In this document: positions 17,363 through 26,937 of the stretch, in pieces
Position numbering within the stretch: position 1 is the first letter of the stretch
Layout of the letters: every line of letters begins with the position of its first letter
Origin: a virus
Taxonomy: Duplodnaviria; Caudoviricetes
Direction: 5' to 3' (one strand)
Length of the DNA: 40,944 nucleotides
IMG/VR virus record: IMGVR_UViG_3300022897_000001
Span: 1 to 40,944 of that record
The notes under the pieces: generated by a model
The model's database searches: none
Told to the model about the DNA's origin: nothing
What the model saw: only the letters and a program-made list of their open reading frames with translations
Made by a program: the position numbers and the translations under genes

Positions 17363-17784
17363 AACGTGTTCCCCCCATGGTGGATCGCGTCCGCACGCCG
17401 AGCTTCGCGAATGAAAATCCGGATCTGTTTGATCGTGGCGCTTTCCGGTGGGATTTCGACGCCTGAGCCTTGAGCAATCGTTTCGCGAACCGCCTGCCTA
17501 AGTGTTCGCAGCAATCCAACGGTGCGTTCCTTCTCGACTTTGCCGTCGAGGATTTTCCAAGCGATGACGAGGTAACAGTTGCCGCGCCCTCCGGTATACT
17601 TTTCGTAAACCGGATGAAGGATGTAGTCGCTTGCGACATCCACTCCGTTGTGAGTGACCTGCCAGCCGGGATGTTCGGCTTTCGATTGGTCAACGAGTGT
17701 GCATTCCGCAAGCGGGATGGTCGCCTGCTGTTCGTATAACGCCCGGCGAGCCTCGGGCGATTGTGTGGGTGGGTTTGCGTTCAT
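17359..17784 (-). CDS. Hypothetical protein
   Basis: Likely start ATG 17784 (MNANPPTQ). Confidence 0.6.
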   Translation of the reverse strand: MNANPPTQSPEARRALYEQQATIPLAECTLVDQSKAEHPGWQVTHNGVDVASDYILHPVYEKYTGGRGNCYLVIAWKILDGKVEKERTVGLLRTLRQAVRETIAQGSGVEIPPESATIKQIRIFIREARRADAIHHGGNTF

Positions 17785-17866
17785 GTCGTGTTGTGTTGTG
17801 ATGTGCGCGTTAGGACCGGTGCGCGGGCCGGCGCGGCATCGGCTTTCACCGGTGCCGCGGTGAAAA

Positions 17867-18112
17867 TCAGGCAGCTTTGAGCGGGACCCCGTTTTCCGCT
17901 GGAACAAACTCATCGTTCAGCTTCACCAGCTTGCCGGACTTCAAGCCCGTCACGGCGAACTTGAACGCGAGTTTGGCGATGCCGGCGTTTTTCAGGCCGG
18001 TCAGTTTGATGATGTCTGCCACGTCCGGCTTCACTTCGGCGGGCACGTCGAAAGCGACACGCTTGCTCTTTGCGGTGTCACCCTTGGTCTTTGTTTTCTT
18101 GGTCTGGCTCAT
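17867..18112 (-). CDS. Ribbon-helix-helix-like regulator in the Cro position
   Basis: KRVAFDVPAEV...IIKLTGLKNAGIAKLAF; first gene of the leftward early operon. Confidence 0.6.
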   Translation of the reverse strand: MSQTKKTKTKGDTAKSKRVAFDVPAEVKPDVADIIKLTGLKNAGIAKLAFKFAVTGLKSGKLVKLNDEFVPAENGVPLKAA

Positions 18113-18205
18113 GTAGCGCGTTGTAGCCCATTGTAGCACACTCGCAAGAAAAAAGTAACATTGTGTTACATTTTGTTATTGCATTCCCGGCGTCGCTGCG
18201 TAATT
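18112..18205. promoter_or_regulatory. Divergent promoter/operator region (genetic switch)
   Basis: TGTAGC x3 at 10-bp spacing (18112, 18122, 18132); GTAACA-TTG-TGTTAC at 18155-18169; AT-rich. Confidence 0.75.
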
Positions 18206-18215
18206 CGGTCGCCCC

Positions 18216-18464
18216 ATGGCAAAGAAGAAAACGGCACGGGCGCGGATCGATGAAGACCTGAGAGAGGACTTCGATTGGGCGCTCACAGAAACAGGGATGA
18301 GCGAAGCGCAGCTCCTCGAAGCGAGTATCAAAGCATTTGTCGCCTACGTGAAAGAACACGGCGGCATCTGGCTTCCGTTGGCGATAATTCCAAAGCCGAA
18401 GGGTGAGAAAAAATCCCCGCAGAAGAAGACCCCAAAAACAGCGGCCGCGCCCCACGGGGCATAG
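18216..18464 (+). CDS. RelB/DinJ-like RHH protein, putative immunity repressor
   Basis: ARARIDEDLRE...LTETGMSEAQLL...GGIWLPL resembles the DinJ N-terminus. Confidence 0.68.
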   Translation: MAKKKTARARIDEDLREDFDWALTETGMSEAQLLEASIKAFVAYVKEHGGIWLPLAIIPKPKGEKKSPQKKTPKTAAAPHGA

Positions 18465-18538
18465 CATGGCGTTTGCGTCAATTCCCCTCACCCCCCACCG
18501 GCCTCAATGCAATAATTAACCCTCGCAGAATTCGTCAC

Positions 18539-18757
18539 ATGAGAACTTCCTCCGGCTTACTCCCCTGCGCGATGTGCGGCGCGATGATCAGTCCCGCAGC
18601 TCACGCCTGTCCGCAATGTGGAGATCCCGTCGCCGTCTCCGCGACCGCACCACGGCGCTCGATACTTCGCAGTCCGATCGCGTGGCTGATCGTCGGCATA
18701 GTCCTGTTCGTCGTGTTCGCCTACTTCAGCGGCGACGGCGCCCCTCCGGCACGCTGA
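18539..18757 (+). CDS. Zinc-ribbon plus TM protein (immunity-cassette type)
   Basis: CAMCGAMISPAAHACPQCG and a C-terminal hydrophobic helix. Confidence 0.7.
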   Translation: MRTSSGLLPCAMCGAMISPAAHACPQCGDPVAVSATAPRRSILRSPIAWLIVGIVLFVVFAYFSGDGAPPAR

Positions 18758-18761
18758 AAAA

Positions 18762-20051
18762 GTGAAGGAAAGGCTGCCACTTCCAAAGGGCGTTCCGCGC
18801 ACGCTCCGGTTCGAGAGCGTATGCTTCGACGTGATTCCACTCGGCGACGGTCGGTTGGCGTTTGCTTACTACCAGGGCAAGCTCCGCGTTGTCGTGAAGC
18901 GGCGCACGATAGACGAGCTACGCGAAGAAGCGGAACGAATCGCCACCGCGATCCTGAACGCTGACACGGCAGCGAAAAGCATGACCGCGGACGACAGCCG
19001 AATTTTTGTCTCCGCGACTGAAACGCTTGCACCTTTCAAAGTTCCGCTAGACGCAGCGGCACGGATTCTCCGCGATGCCGCTCAGCTCGTCGGTGGCGTC
19101 GAGCGAGTAGTTGAAGCCTGCCGCTTTTTCAACAGCGCCGGCGCCGACACTCGAGCCGCTACTACTGCAGTCGTCGTGGCCGCTTTCATCCGCGACCTGA
19201 GCGCAAGTGGAGTGACACAACTTTACCTGAAGCCGATGGAAGCGGACTTGAAAAAGTTCGCCGAGAAATTCCCTAGCATGTTCGCCGCGGTCCGTGCCAC
19301 CGAAATGAGCGACTGGCTCCGCGACATGCCGGTTGGTCTGCGCCGGCGTCGAAATCTGCGCGACAAGCTGGTCGCGCTTTTCAATTGGGCTCGAGACAAC
19401 GGCTATCTGCCTGACGGCCTCCGGACCGAAGCGGAGAAAATTAAGCGGCCCAACGTCAAACGGAAGGCACCGGCAATTTACACTCCCGAGGAGTTGGACC
19501 TTCTACTTGTGCAAGCCGCGCAGCCAGCCGATCCGAAAATCGGTCGCGCGGATTACACGGATTTTATTCCGTTCATCACCATCGGCGCTTTCGCGGGCCT
19601 GCGTGTGTCCGAGATCCAAGCTCTCGAATGGAAGCACGTGCACTGGAAGGACGGCGTCATTGAAGTCGGCGAGGAACACAAAACCGGATATCGCCTTGTC
19701 CCGATCCAACCAAACTTGATGTCGTGGCTTGCGCCCTATCGCGAACACATGGGAAAGGTCTGCAAGCAAGTCCGGCCGGATCACGTGATGCGACGGCTTG
19801 GCGATCGCGCCGGTTTGCCAGTCGGAGGCCGCCGCTACAACAACGCGCTCCGGCACAGCTTCGTCACATATCGCGTGGCTGTGACCAAGAACATGCCACT
19901 CGTATCAGGGGAGAGCGGCCACAGCGTTGCCGAGCTGCGGAAAAGCTACAACCGCGCGAGCCTCGAATCCGCAGGAACGAAATGGTTCTCCATGAGCCGC
20001 GATGCCGGCAACGTCTTGCAGATGCCGCTGCTGAGCATGAAGCGCGGTTAA
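18762..20051 (+). CDS. int: Tyrosine recombinase / integrase
   Basis: FAGLRVSEI, NALRHSF, SGHS, catalytic Y in KSYN. Confidence 0.92.
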   Translation: MKERLPLPKGVPRTLRFESVCFDVIPLGDGRLAFAYYQGKLRVVVKRRTIDELREEAERIATAILNADTAAKSMTADDSRIFVSATETLAPFKVPLDAAARILRDAAQLVGGVERVVEACRFFNSAGADTRAATTAVVVAAFIRDLSASGVTQLYLKPMEADLKKFAEKFPSMFAAVRATEMSDWLRDMPVGLRRRRNLRDKLVALFNWARDNGYLPDGLRTEAEKIKRPNVKRKAPAIYTPEELDLLLVQAAQPADPKIGRADYTDFIPFITIGAFAGLRVSEIQALEWKHVHWKDGVIEVGEEHKTGYRLVPIQPNLMSWLAPYREHMGKVCKQVRPDHVMRRLGDRAGLPVGGRRYNNALRHSFVTYRVAVTKNMPLVSGESGHSVAELRKSYNRASLESAGTKWFSMSRDAGNVLQMPLLSMKRG

Positions 20052-20485
20052 GGTCCGATGCAGAGGTGCGGCACAGCCTCAAAAATCCATTTCGTGAAAT
20101 CGTCTTCGTCCGGCGAAATGTTTTCGACAACGAGACTTGAGACGATCCGCTCAAATACACTCCTCAATTCGGTATCCGTCGGCATTCGGGCCAACTCTCC
20201 GGCTTGAACCCAATCGGCTAGATGGATTTTCAGATTCCCGATCTCCATCACGATTTCCTCCAAGATAGTTTCGGCATCATCAGGGTCCGTCCCTGCGGGT
20301 AACTGCACCTCGATGCCGAGAGCGGCAAGAGTGGCCGCGTGTCCCTCAGCCGTCCTCGTTTGTCCACTCTCAGTCGGCACAACGAACTCCGCTCCGCAAG
20401 TAGTACACTCCCATTCCATGCCGGCGTGCTCCGGCTCGGCCGTATAGTGCTGGCCGCAGGCGTAACAGGACACTTTGAAGCTCAT
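20048..20485 (-). CDS. Hypothetical zinc-ribbon protein between int and attP
   Basis: CYACG...CTTCG, acidic C-terminus. Confidence 0.65.
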   Translation of the reverse strand: MSFKVSCYACGQHYTAEPEHAGMEWECTTCGAEFVVPTESGQTRTAEGHAATLAALGIEVQLPAGTDPDDAETILEEIVMEIGNLKIHLADWVQAGELARMPTDTELRSVFERIVSSLVVENISPDEDDFTKWIFEAVPHLCIGP

Positions 20486-20492
20486 ATCGGGA

Positions 20493-20706
20493 GGAACAAT
20501 TTGGAACAGTTTTAGCGATGCGTGCCAGATGCCTCGGCAATATCCCCCGCCCCGTTTTTTCCTTTCATCAGAGTAGGACTCGCTTCAGGCATCGTTTAGG
20601 CGCGGCTGGTTTGGAGCGGGTGAAGGGAATCGAACCCTTGTAGAATCATTTACCACACGGGCGCGCGGGGCAGTCCGTTTTCTCAGGAACAGTTTTGGAA
20701 CAACTT
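20493..20706. mobile_element. attP region with arm-type repeats
   Basis: GGAACAATTTGGAACAGTTTT (20493) and GGAACAGTTTTGGAACAACTT (20686) flank the tRNA-derived core. Confidence 0.75.
20612..20638 (-). other. att core: 3' end of tRNA-Gly (T-arm, acceptor strand, CCA); not a full tRNA
   Basis: Minus strand reads AGGGTTCGATTCCCTTCACCCGCTCCA. Confidence 0.85.
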
Positions 20707-20820
20707 CACTTTGCGAGGCCGCTAGGCGGCGCCAGGCGAACACTGCTGCCGATCGTGCGGCCCGATTCGTCGGTGTATGTCAGCGAATAGCGAGGACCGC
20801 GAGCATGAGGATCGCGGGTT

Positions 20821-21519
20821 TCATCGCACGAAAGGATTGGCGAAGCCGAGCAACGTCAGGCTCGATCGTTCGAAATTCAGCGTCCGCATTTTGGAATAGC
20901 AGCCATCGCCGGCGCGGTCCTGCGCGGCGCTGGACGGCCCGGGAGTCGTGTTGCCTTCCAGCGTGGCCACTCGCGCGGAAACGGGCGGCTGCGCGACGAT
21001 GAACATATGGCCTTGCCAACTTGTGCCGTGCTGCATGAAGCCGAGCGCGCCGGGAAGTGGATCCCGCGTGATCATGCCGAGCCGCTTGAAATTCGTGAAC
21101 GTGTCCATGACCGACGGCGTGATGAGCTTGCAGACTTCGGCCAATTCCGCCCGTCCGGAATAGCCGATCCGCCAGCACACTTCAGCCAGCGCAGCGCAAT
21201 ACGCCCAGCCGAGCTGCCAGCCTGTCTCGAGCAAAAGTCTCCGCAGCTCACTCGCCGCGGCGTCCGGCCCTGGCGTCGCCAAGTCGTCCCATCGCGCGTT
21301 CTGCGCGGTTTCCGTGAGATTCGCGAAGTTCCACGCTGCATCGACAATCCGCTTGCCGATCGCGCGCAGATCGCCCGCGACTCGAGGCAACATGCTCGCG
21401 TGGTAAGCGTCCTCCGCTCGCCGCGTCAGCGGGCCGGGATCGCCGTCGATTTCGGTGACCGGATAAAAGCCAAGCTTGCTGAGTTCAATCTGACGGTCGC
21501 GGAGTGCTGGATTGCCCAT
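20821..21519 (-). CDS. Endolysin: peptidoglycan-binding domain plus CHAP-like peptidase
   Basis: LGFY...IDGDPGPLTRRA; WAYCAA, GHMFIV, EGNT. Confidence 0.8.
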   Translation of the reverse strand: MGNPALRDRQIELSKLGFYPVTEIDGDPGPLTRRAEDAYHASMLPRVAGDLRAIGKRIVDAAWNFANLTETAQNARWDDLATPGPDAAASELRRLLLETGWQLGWAYCAALAEVCWRIGYSGRAELAEVCKLITPSVMDTFTNFKRLGMITRDPLPGALGFMQHGTSWQGHMFIVAQPPVSARVATLEGNTTPGPSSAAQDRAGDGCYSKMRTLNFERSSLTLLGFANPFVR

Positions 21520-21534
21520 GCACCCCGCGCGCTG

Positions 21535-22212
21535 TCAAAGGGGCAAGACGTCGCTGTCGATCGCGCGTTCCAGCGCGTTCATGGTGTCCTCGAAATGGGA
21601 CCGATCGAACCAAGTGCCGTGGCCGTAGCCGCGGCGGAAATCGCGCGAGATACGCAGGCCCTCTGCATTTAGAGGACCGTCACAGCCGAGCGTCCCATAG
21701 ATCCCGAAGCTCCAGCGGGCGAACCGGGAAAGCACGCGATCCGTGGCCGCGCCGTAAATGTGGAGCTGGCGGACCAGACCGGAGTGCAGCGCCGGGCCCA
21801 GCCCGTTGCGCTCAAAGTCCCGATCCACGGCCGGGGCGAAAAAGTGCAGCGTATCGACAGGAACGCCGTGCTCGACGATCAGCCGGCGCGCGATCTCGCA
21901 GCCGCGGGAATGTCCGACCAGGTGAATCCTGAGAGGCCGATTGCCCTTCCATGCGGCTAAGTACTCCGCGACGATCCACGCGGCCTGCTGGACCGTTTTA
22001 CGCTCAAAGGCGAGGCCGAGTAGTGGCGTGTGGAAGTATTCGATCGAATCGAACTCGTGCCGCGAAAAGTCGCCGGTCCACCGCTCCGCGCGGTCCGTCC
22101 AGCCAAACTGATCGCTCGGCAATGTGAGGATGCCGTTGATGAACAGCACCAAGTCACCGTCGCACCCGAGGCGGAAGCGGAAGCGGTTTGGATCTCGCGG
22201 CCAGCTCGGCAT
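21535..22212 (-). CDS. Alpha/beta hydrolase (LysB-like position)
   Basis: HLVGHSRG nucleophile elbow, D (TDRVL) and H (YGHG). Confidence 0.8.
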   Translation of the reverse strand: MPSWPRDPNRFRFRLGCDGDLVLFINGILTLPSDQFGWTDRAERWTGDFSRHEFDSIEYFHTPLLGLAFERKTVQQAAWIVAEYLAAWKGNRPLRIHLVGHSRGCEIARRLIVEHGVPVDTLHFFAPAVDRDFERNGLGPALHSGLVRQLHIYGAATDRVLSRFARWSFGIYGTLGCDGPLNAEGLRISRDFRRGYGHGTWFDRSHFEDTMNALERAIDSDVLPL

Positions 22213-22215
22213 GGC

Positions 22216-22485
22216 TTAGTGTCTCGGCGTGCGGTGCGTTCGCAGCGGCATCTTCCGCCCAGCCCTGCGCATTTTTCGCCGCCACAGCACTCCGCGAATC
22301 CAACGCCACAACTTCACACTGACGATGGCCACCGGGACCGCGGCCGAGATCGCCGCCGCGATGAAGTTGAGGACAGCGGTGAACACCTCGATGCGATCCA
22401 TGAAAAAACCGAACCAGCCCGTGATCGATGCGACGACCGTGGTAAAAATGGGATGTCTTTCGTCGAGATTCGCGAGCCAGTTCAT
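22216..22485 (-). CDS. Putative holin
   Basis: 89 aa, two hydrophobic segments, basic C-tail, upstream of lysis enzymes. Confidence 0.65.
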   Translation of the reverse strand: MNWLANLDERHPIFTTVVASITGWFGFFMDRIEVFTAVLNFIAAAISAAVPVAIVSVKLWRWIRGVLWRRKMRRAGRKMPLRTHRTPRH

Positions 22486-22516
22486 ACACCGGCCGCGCTG
22501 TCAAAACGCGCAGCGC

Positions 22517-24889
22517 CTAGCCGATTATCCAGTTCGTTCCGTCACTCCAGACGCGCACTTTGCTCGATCCACCGCCCGCGACGGTTGCGCCGATCGTAGT
22601 AGAGTTTGCGTCAGTGACGTAGCCCCACGCGCCGGCGCCGGCAGTCGCGGCCGATGGCAACGTGCCGACAGTCTTTACTCCGACGTAAACTAGATCAGCC
22701 GCGAGTGAGAGAACTCTATCAGCATCGTTGACCTTGACGTTGAGCATGCGGTTCGTGGTGAGCGTTTCTTGATTCCTCACGCCCAGCGATCCGGCCCCGC
22801 CCGTCGCCTTCATGTAGTAAAGCGGCGCATAGATGTATGAGGTGGCCTCTTTCATCTCAAAATAGCCCGGTCCCATGCTCGCAATCCATACAGGGGCCGC
22901 TCCTGTGCCAGAGAACCATCTATACTCCTGCGCACCAAGATCGGTCCCCAATGGGAAGCCGAAATAAATCTGACTTCCACTATTGGTTCCAAATGACTGA
23001 ATTACCGGGCAGAACTTCGTGTTGTCGTTGGACCGAGTTCCCAGCATCATCCACTTGTCGCCTACGGCGTCGCTAAGTTGGATCAATGCCGGAGAGCTAC
23101 CCGTGAGCCACTTCGAGCCTTGCGTGTCGCCTTTGAAGTGCATGTTGCCGCTACTGCCCACTGTGATATCAGCGGCGAACGTGCTGGTGCCATTTGTAAA
23201 GAGCGTGTTCACGACCGTCCCCCCTGAGACTGACAAGCTGCCGCCAGAGATCGCGCCGGCCGTCGTGACATTCGCTGGTCGAAAGAATGACGCCCAGCCA
23301 AGCATCGGCTGTTGGAAAAAAAGCGCATACTCAGCTCGGAAGCCGGCAGCGTTCGGATGAATCGCATCGTCGCTCAGCCCTTTCGAGACGGCTTCGGCCA
23401 TCGTCGGATAAAGCGCGCCTACGTCCAACCAAGCGTAATTGTTCGCTCGCGCGAAGGTCTCAAAGTAGGCGTTGCAGATGATCGTGTTGTTGTCGATCGG
23501 CGGCAGCGAAATGAACTGAACGTCCGGAGAGTTGCCGCACGCCGTCACCAGATTGCTGATGTGCGTCGGGAGGTTCGCTTGCTGATCCGCCAGCAGATCG
23601 GTGTTTCGCCAGATGAGCAGCTTCGGCGCGATCGCGGCGAGATACGGCTGATAGATCGTGGACGGGAGCTGCGTGAACTCCGCGAAGCCATAGCCTCCCC
23701 TGGCGATGTAGTGAATTACGGCGCCGCGCTTCGTGCTGTCGAAAATCTCAACGTCCGCCACTTTGATCGCCGCGGACGACGCGAGGATTTTAACGCTGAG
23801 ATTGCCGGCAGTCGTCGTGCGCGTCGCGATGATGGATTGCGTTGTGCCATTGACCGTGACCGTGGAGCCGGCCGTCGTGTAGCTGCCTCCGTCAGTCGAA
23901 ATCTGAATTGTGGCCGTCGCTGACGTTGCGCCGGTGACTTGAATGAACGTCACCCGTACCGTGTCGCCATAGATCGGAGCGCCACCGGTCTTATCGACTA
24001 TGGCGGACTCGCCACTCGGGATATTTAGATAGCTGCCGGTGAACCAAAGCTCAGGATGCGAGCCAACAATTGCAGTCGCCCCGGTCATAGATCGCGGATT
24101 CGTGTGGCCGAAACCGCCGCCAGCAATTCCCCAGCTTGCTTCCGCCGCGGTGATAAACTGCACGTTGCCGCTTTCAACTTCCGAGTCGCCGCCCAGGACG
24201 ACATGCATCGGCTCTGATTGCGACGTGGCCGTCACATAGGCCGCGGTTTTCGGGAGCCAGGCTGAACGGTATCGCTCGCCCGTCGGCACAAATGCCGCGG
24301 TGCCGAGAGTGCCGCCTGTGCTGATGTTCAGCGTGCTGCCGTCCGTGCCGGCAAGCGTGAGAGTGTTGGAGGCCGTCAGCGTCTTGCCGTTGGCGATTGT
24401 GAGCGTGCCCGTGCTGCTCGTGATCGTCAGGCCGTTGTAGGAGGAGGCCGCAAGCGGCGCATTGAATCCGACGGCGCTTCCCGTGAAGCTCGCGAGCGTG
24501 CTTCCCCCAAGGGTAATCCCCAGCGTGTCGGGGCTCGTGCTGAAAAAGCCGGTGTTGTTGTCACCGAAAAACGACACACCAGGCGCACCGGAACTGCCGC
24601 CCGGCACACGCAGAATGCTGGAGGCGTTCAGTTGCAACACCACGCTGTCCAGCGTCAGGACGTTGCTGCTCCATGAGGCGGCATTCACGAAGTCCGTCAG
24701 ATCGCTGCTGAAGGCCTGCACGTTCGTCCCGATCGCGAGGCCGAGCTGAGAGCGGACAGTGCTCTTGTTACTCAAACTGTCGAAGTCGCCGGCGCCGGTG
24801 AACTTCGGATTTTTGACGACGTTGTTTTGCGCGCCGGCGCTGAGCGCGAGCACGAAGAAAAGGACAAGTTGGATCAGCCGAGTTTGCAT
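22517..24889 (-). CDS. Tail fibre/spike with SGNH esterase domain
   Basis: G/T/S-rich repeats; GGDS, ARGG, DAIHPN; C-terminal VWSDGTNW. Confidence 0.75.
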   Translation of the reverse strand: MQTRLIQLVLFFVLALSAGAQNNVVKNPKFTGAGDFDSLSNKSTVRSQLGLAIGTNVQAFSSDLTDFVNAASWSSNVLTLDSVVLQLNASSILRVPGGSSGAPGVSFFGDNNTGFFSTSPDTLGITLGGSTLASFTGSAVGFNAPLAASSYNGLTITSSTGTLTIANGKTLTASNTLTLAGTDGSTLNISTGGTLGTAAFVPTGERYRSAWLPKTAAYVTATSQSEPMHVVLGGDSEVESGNVQFITAAEASWGIAGGGFGHTNPRSMTGATAIVGSHPELWFTGSYLNIPSGESAIVDKTGGAPIYGDTVRVTFIQVTGATSATATIQISTDGGSYTTAGSTVTVNGTTQSIIATRTTTAGNLSVKILASSAAIKVADVEIFDSTKRGAVIHYIARGGYGFAEFTQLPSTIYQPYLAAIAPKLLIWRNTDLLADQQANLPTHISNLVTACGNSPDVQFISLPPIDNNTIICNAYFETFARANNYAWLDVGALYPTMAEAVSKGLSDDAIHPNAAGFRAEYALFFQQPMLGWASFFRPANVTTAGAISGGSLSVSGGTVVNTLFTNGTSTFAADITVGSSGNMHFKGDTQGSKWLTGSSPALIQLSDAVGDKWMMLGTRSNDNTKFCPVIQSFGTNSGSQIYFGFPLGTDLGAQEYRWFSGTGAAPVWIASMGPGYFEMKEATSYIYAPLYYMKATGGAGSLGVRNQETLTTNRMLNVKVNDADRVLSLAADLVYVGVKTVGTLPSAATAGAGAWGYVTDANSTTIGATVAGGGSSKVRVWSDGTNWIIG

Positions 24890-26919
24890 ATGTATTCGAG
24901 ATTGAAGTTTGCCGTGGTGACATCGCCGCTGAGCTGGACCGTGAAGCCTGCGGCGGTTCTCGCCTTCACGGTGCCGATGAAGAAATTGTCCGGAGTCGCG
25001 TCCGTCGTGTTGACGATCACCAAGGAATCGAACTTCCAGCTCGCGTGCGGAAAGGCGGTGTCGAATGTGACGGCCACGCCGGCAGAGCCGGTGCCATTCG
25101 TGATCGCAACGGAGCCGTGACGGACAAGCGAGCTGGAGAGCGGTTCGCTGTATTCAGCCAGGGACAGAAGATCCCGCGCGAGTCGGACGTCCACGTGCAG
25201 CACCACCATGGGCGTTTCATCGGGCCACTCGATTTTTATCTCGAGGACGCCGTCCAGCTCCTCATCGGTAGTGGCCGCAAACGCTTCCGCGAGCACGAGA
25301 CCGTTCAGCAAAAACTCCGCGGTGGCGATCACTGGAAATTCCAGCGTCGCGTCTTCAGCCTCCGGCGTCGGCACGTCCCCGTTCGTGATCGGCGTCAGTG
25401 TCCAGTCGCCCGGTCCGTTCTTTGTGACGTTGAAGAAATCGCCGGTTTGCAGCGCGAACAAGTCAGCCGTGGCCGTGCCGGGAATTGTGGCGGAAATCGT
25501 GGTGCCGGCGACAATGCGGACCACACCCAACGGCGAGGTGCCGGCGCTTGCAGTAGTGCGCGGCCCGTCCTCGGCATCGGTGATGGTGACAGTCGAGCTG
25601 GCGAGCGAAGCGGAAAACTGAGCATCCGGATTGACCACGGCATGCAACGCGGTGGCCACTTCAACGGCGGTATCGTCCGCATCGATCTCGACCATCAGCG
25701 AACGCGGCATCGAGGCCGCTTCGTCTGGAATCTCGGTATCGTCGCCCGCTTTGAACCAGATCCCAACGCCACCGTCCTTGTCGTAGATCGGAAAGGACAT
25801 TCCATCGAGCGGACCATTCGTGCCGTGCACCTCGATATCGGGATTGATCACATCGCACGTGCCGGAGATTTGATCATCGCACGCACCGCGTTCATTGATC
25901 CGGACCCGGATGGTGTTGGCAGCGATGCGCTGCGCGAGAAATGCGCCGTCATCGATCATCGCGAGCGCGGTCTTCAGCGCCATCACATCGCCGATGTCCT
26001 CCGAGACGATATCGACTTCGAGCAAGCGACCATCAGTCGGGATCGCAGGCGGCGTGCCGGTGTCCTCGATGTCCCACCACACGCGGACGGTTCCGCTCGG
26101 CGTCTCAACGTCCCGATATCTGTTGCCGTAGTCGGACGACGTGTTTGAGGTGAAGTTCCAAATGAATATTTCCTGCGTGCCCTTGTTGGGGACGCATTGA
26201 ACGCGCGTCACCTCGGCGCGACCGAAATTGAACTGGAACGCGCCAGCGATCGCAGGCGGCGTGCTCAGGACCCGGAACACAGCGGGCTTACTGCTAGTGC
26301 CGCTGATTTCCTCCGTGCATTCGATCGATCCCGGATCGTCGAGGGACCAGTTCGATGCGCCGGCCCACAGATCCTGCAGCAAGCGGAGCGTCTGCACTTC
26401 GCGGTGGCTGCCGTCGCCGACAGTCGCCCGGCGCGCATCAGCCAGCGCACGTGGCGACAGTCCGGAGACATCCCAGGACAGCAGCGATCGTGCGCCGGCG
26501 CTGTTCCACGTGATCTCATACAGACTGCCGACTTTCGCGACAGTGACGCCACCGGTCCCGGCAATCGTCGTGTTCGCGTTCAGCGCCGTCTGCAGCGTCG
26601 CCGCGCTGATATTCCATTGGAGGCCGGTCAGCGAGGTTGCGTCGGCTAAGTAGCTGCCGGCAAAAGTGCCCGACGTGGGAGCCCGATCGACCACACCGAT
26701 GCCGGCCGTAATCGTAGCGCCAGTCAGATCCACGTCGTCGAAGGCGCGGACAGTCGGCGTGTCAGACGGGCGGACGAATCGGAAGCGGCGGCGCAACCCA
26801 TCGTTGCGCATGAATCGCGGCAGCGTCGCTGCGGCTGAGGTGAGGGAGTTTTCGAGCAAGCCCGCCTGCGAGGCGTCGCCGATATTGACAGTCAGAATCG
26901 GTGGAAGTGGCGTTGGCAT
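24874..26919 (-). CDS. Tail/baseplate structural protein
   Basis: 681-aa beta-rich protein; C-terminal VTFDTAFP fibre-like domain; position in tail module. Confidence 0.6.
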   Translation of the reverse strand: MPTPLPPILTVNIGDASQAGLLENSLTSAAATLPRFMRNDGLRRRFRFVRPSDTPTVRAFDDVDLTGATITAGIGVVDRAPTSGTFAGSYLADATSLTGLQWNISAATLQTALNANTTIAGTGGVTVAKVGSLYEITWNSAGARSLLSWDVSGLSPRALADARRATVGDGSHREVQTLRLLQDLWAGASNWSLDDPGSIECTEEISGTSSKPAVFRVLSTPPAIAGAFQFNFGRAEVTRVQCVPNKGTQEIFIWNFTSNTSSDYGNRYRDVETPSGTVRVWWDIEDTGTPPAIPTDGRLLEVDIVSEDIGDVMALKTALAMIDDGAFLAQRIAANTIRVRINERGACDDQISGTCDVINPDIEVHGTNGPLDGMSFPIYDKDGGVGIWFKAGDDTEIPDEAASMPRSLMVEIDADDTAVEVATALHAVVNPDAQFSASLASSTVTITDAEDGPRTTASAGTSPLGVVRIVAGTTISATIPGTATADLFALQTGDFFNVTKNGPGDWTLTPITNGDVPTPEAEDATLEFPVIATAEFLLNGLVLAEAFAATTDEELDGVLEIKIEWPDETPMVVLHVDVRLARDLLSLAEYSEPLSSSLVRHGSVAITNGTGSAGVAVTFDTAFPHASWKFDSLVIVNTTDATPDNFFIGTVKARTAAGFTVQLSGDVTTANFNLEYICKLG

Positions 26920-26937
26920 CTCGACTTCGCCCCCTTG

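Noticed and set aside
20612-20638. Complete tRNA gene
   Set aside because: Only the T-arm and 3' acceptor strand are present; no D-arm or anticodon arm
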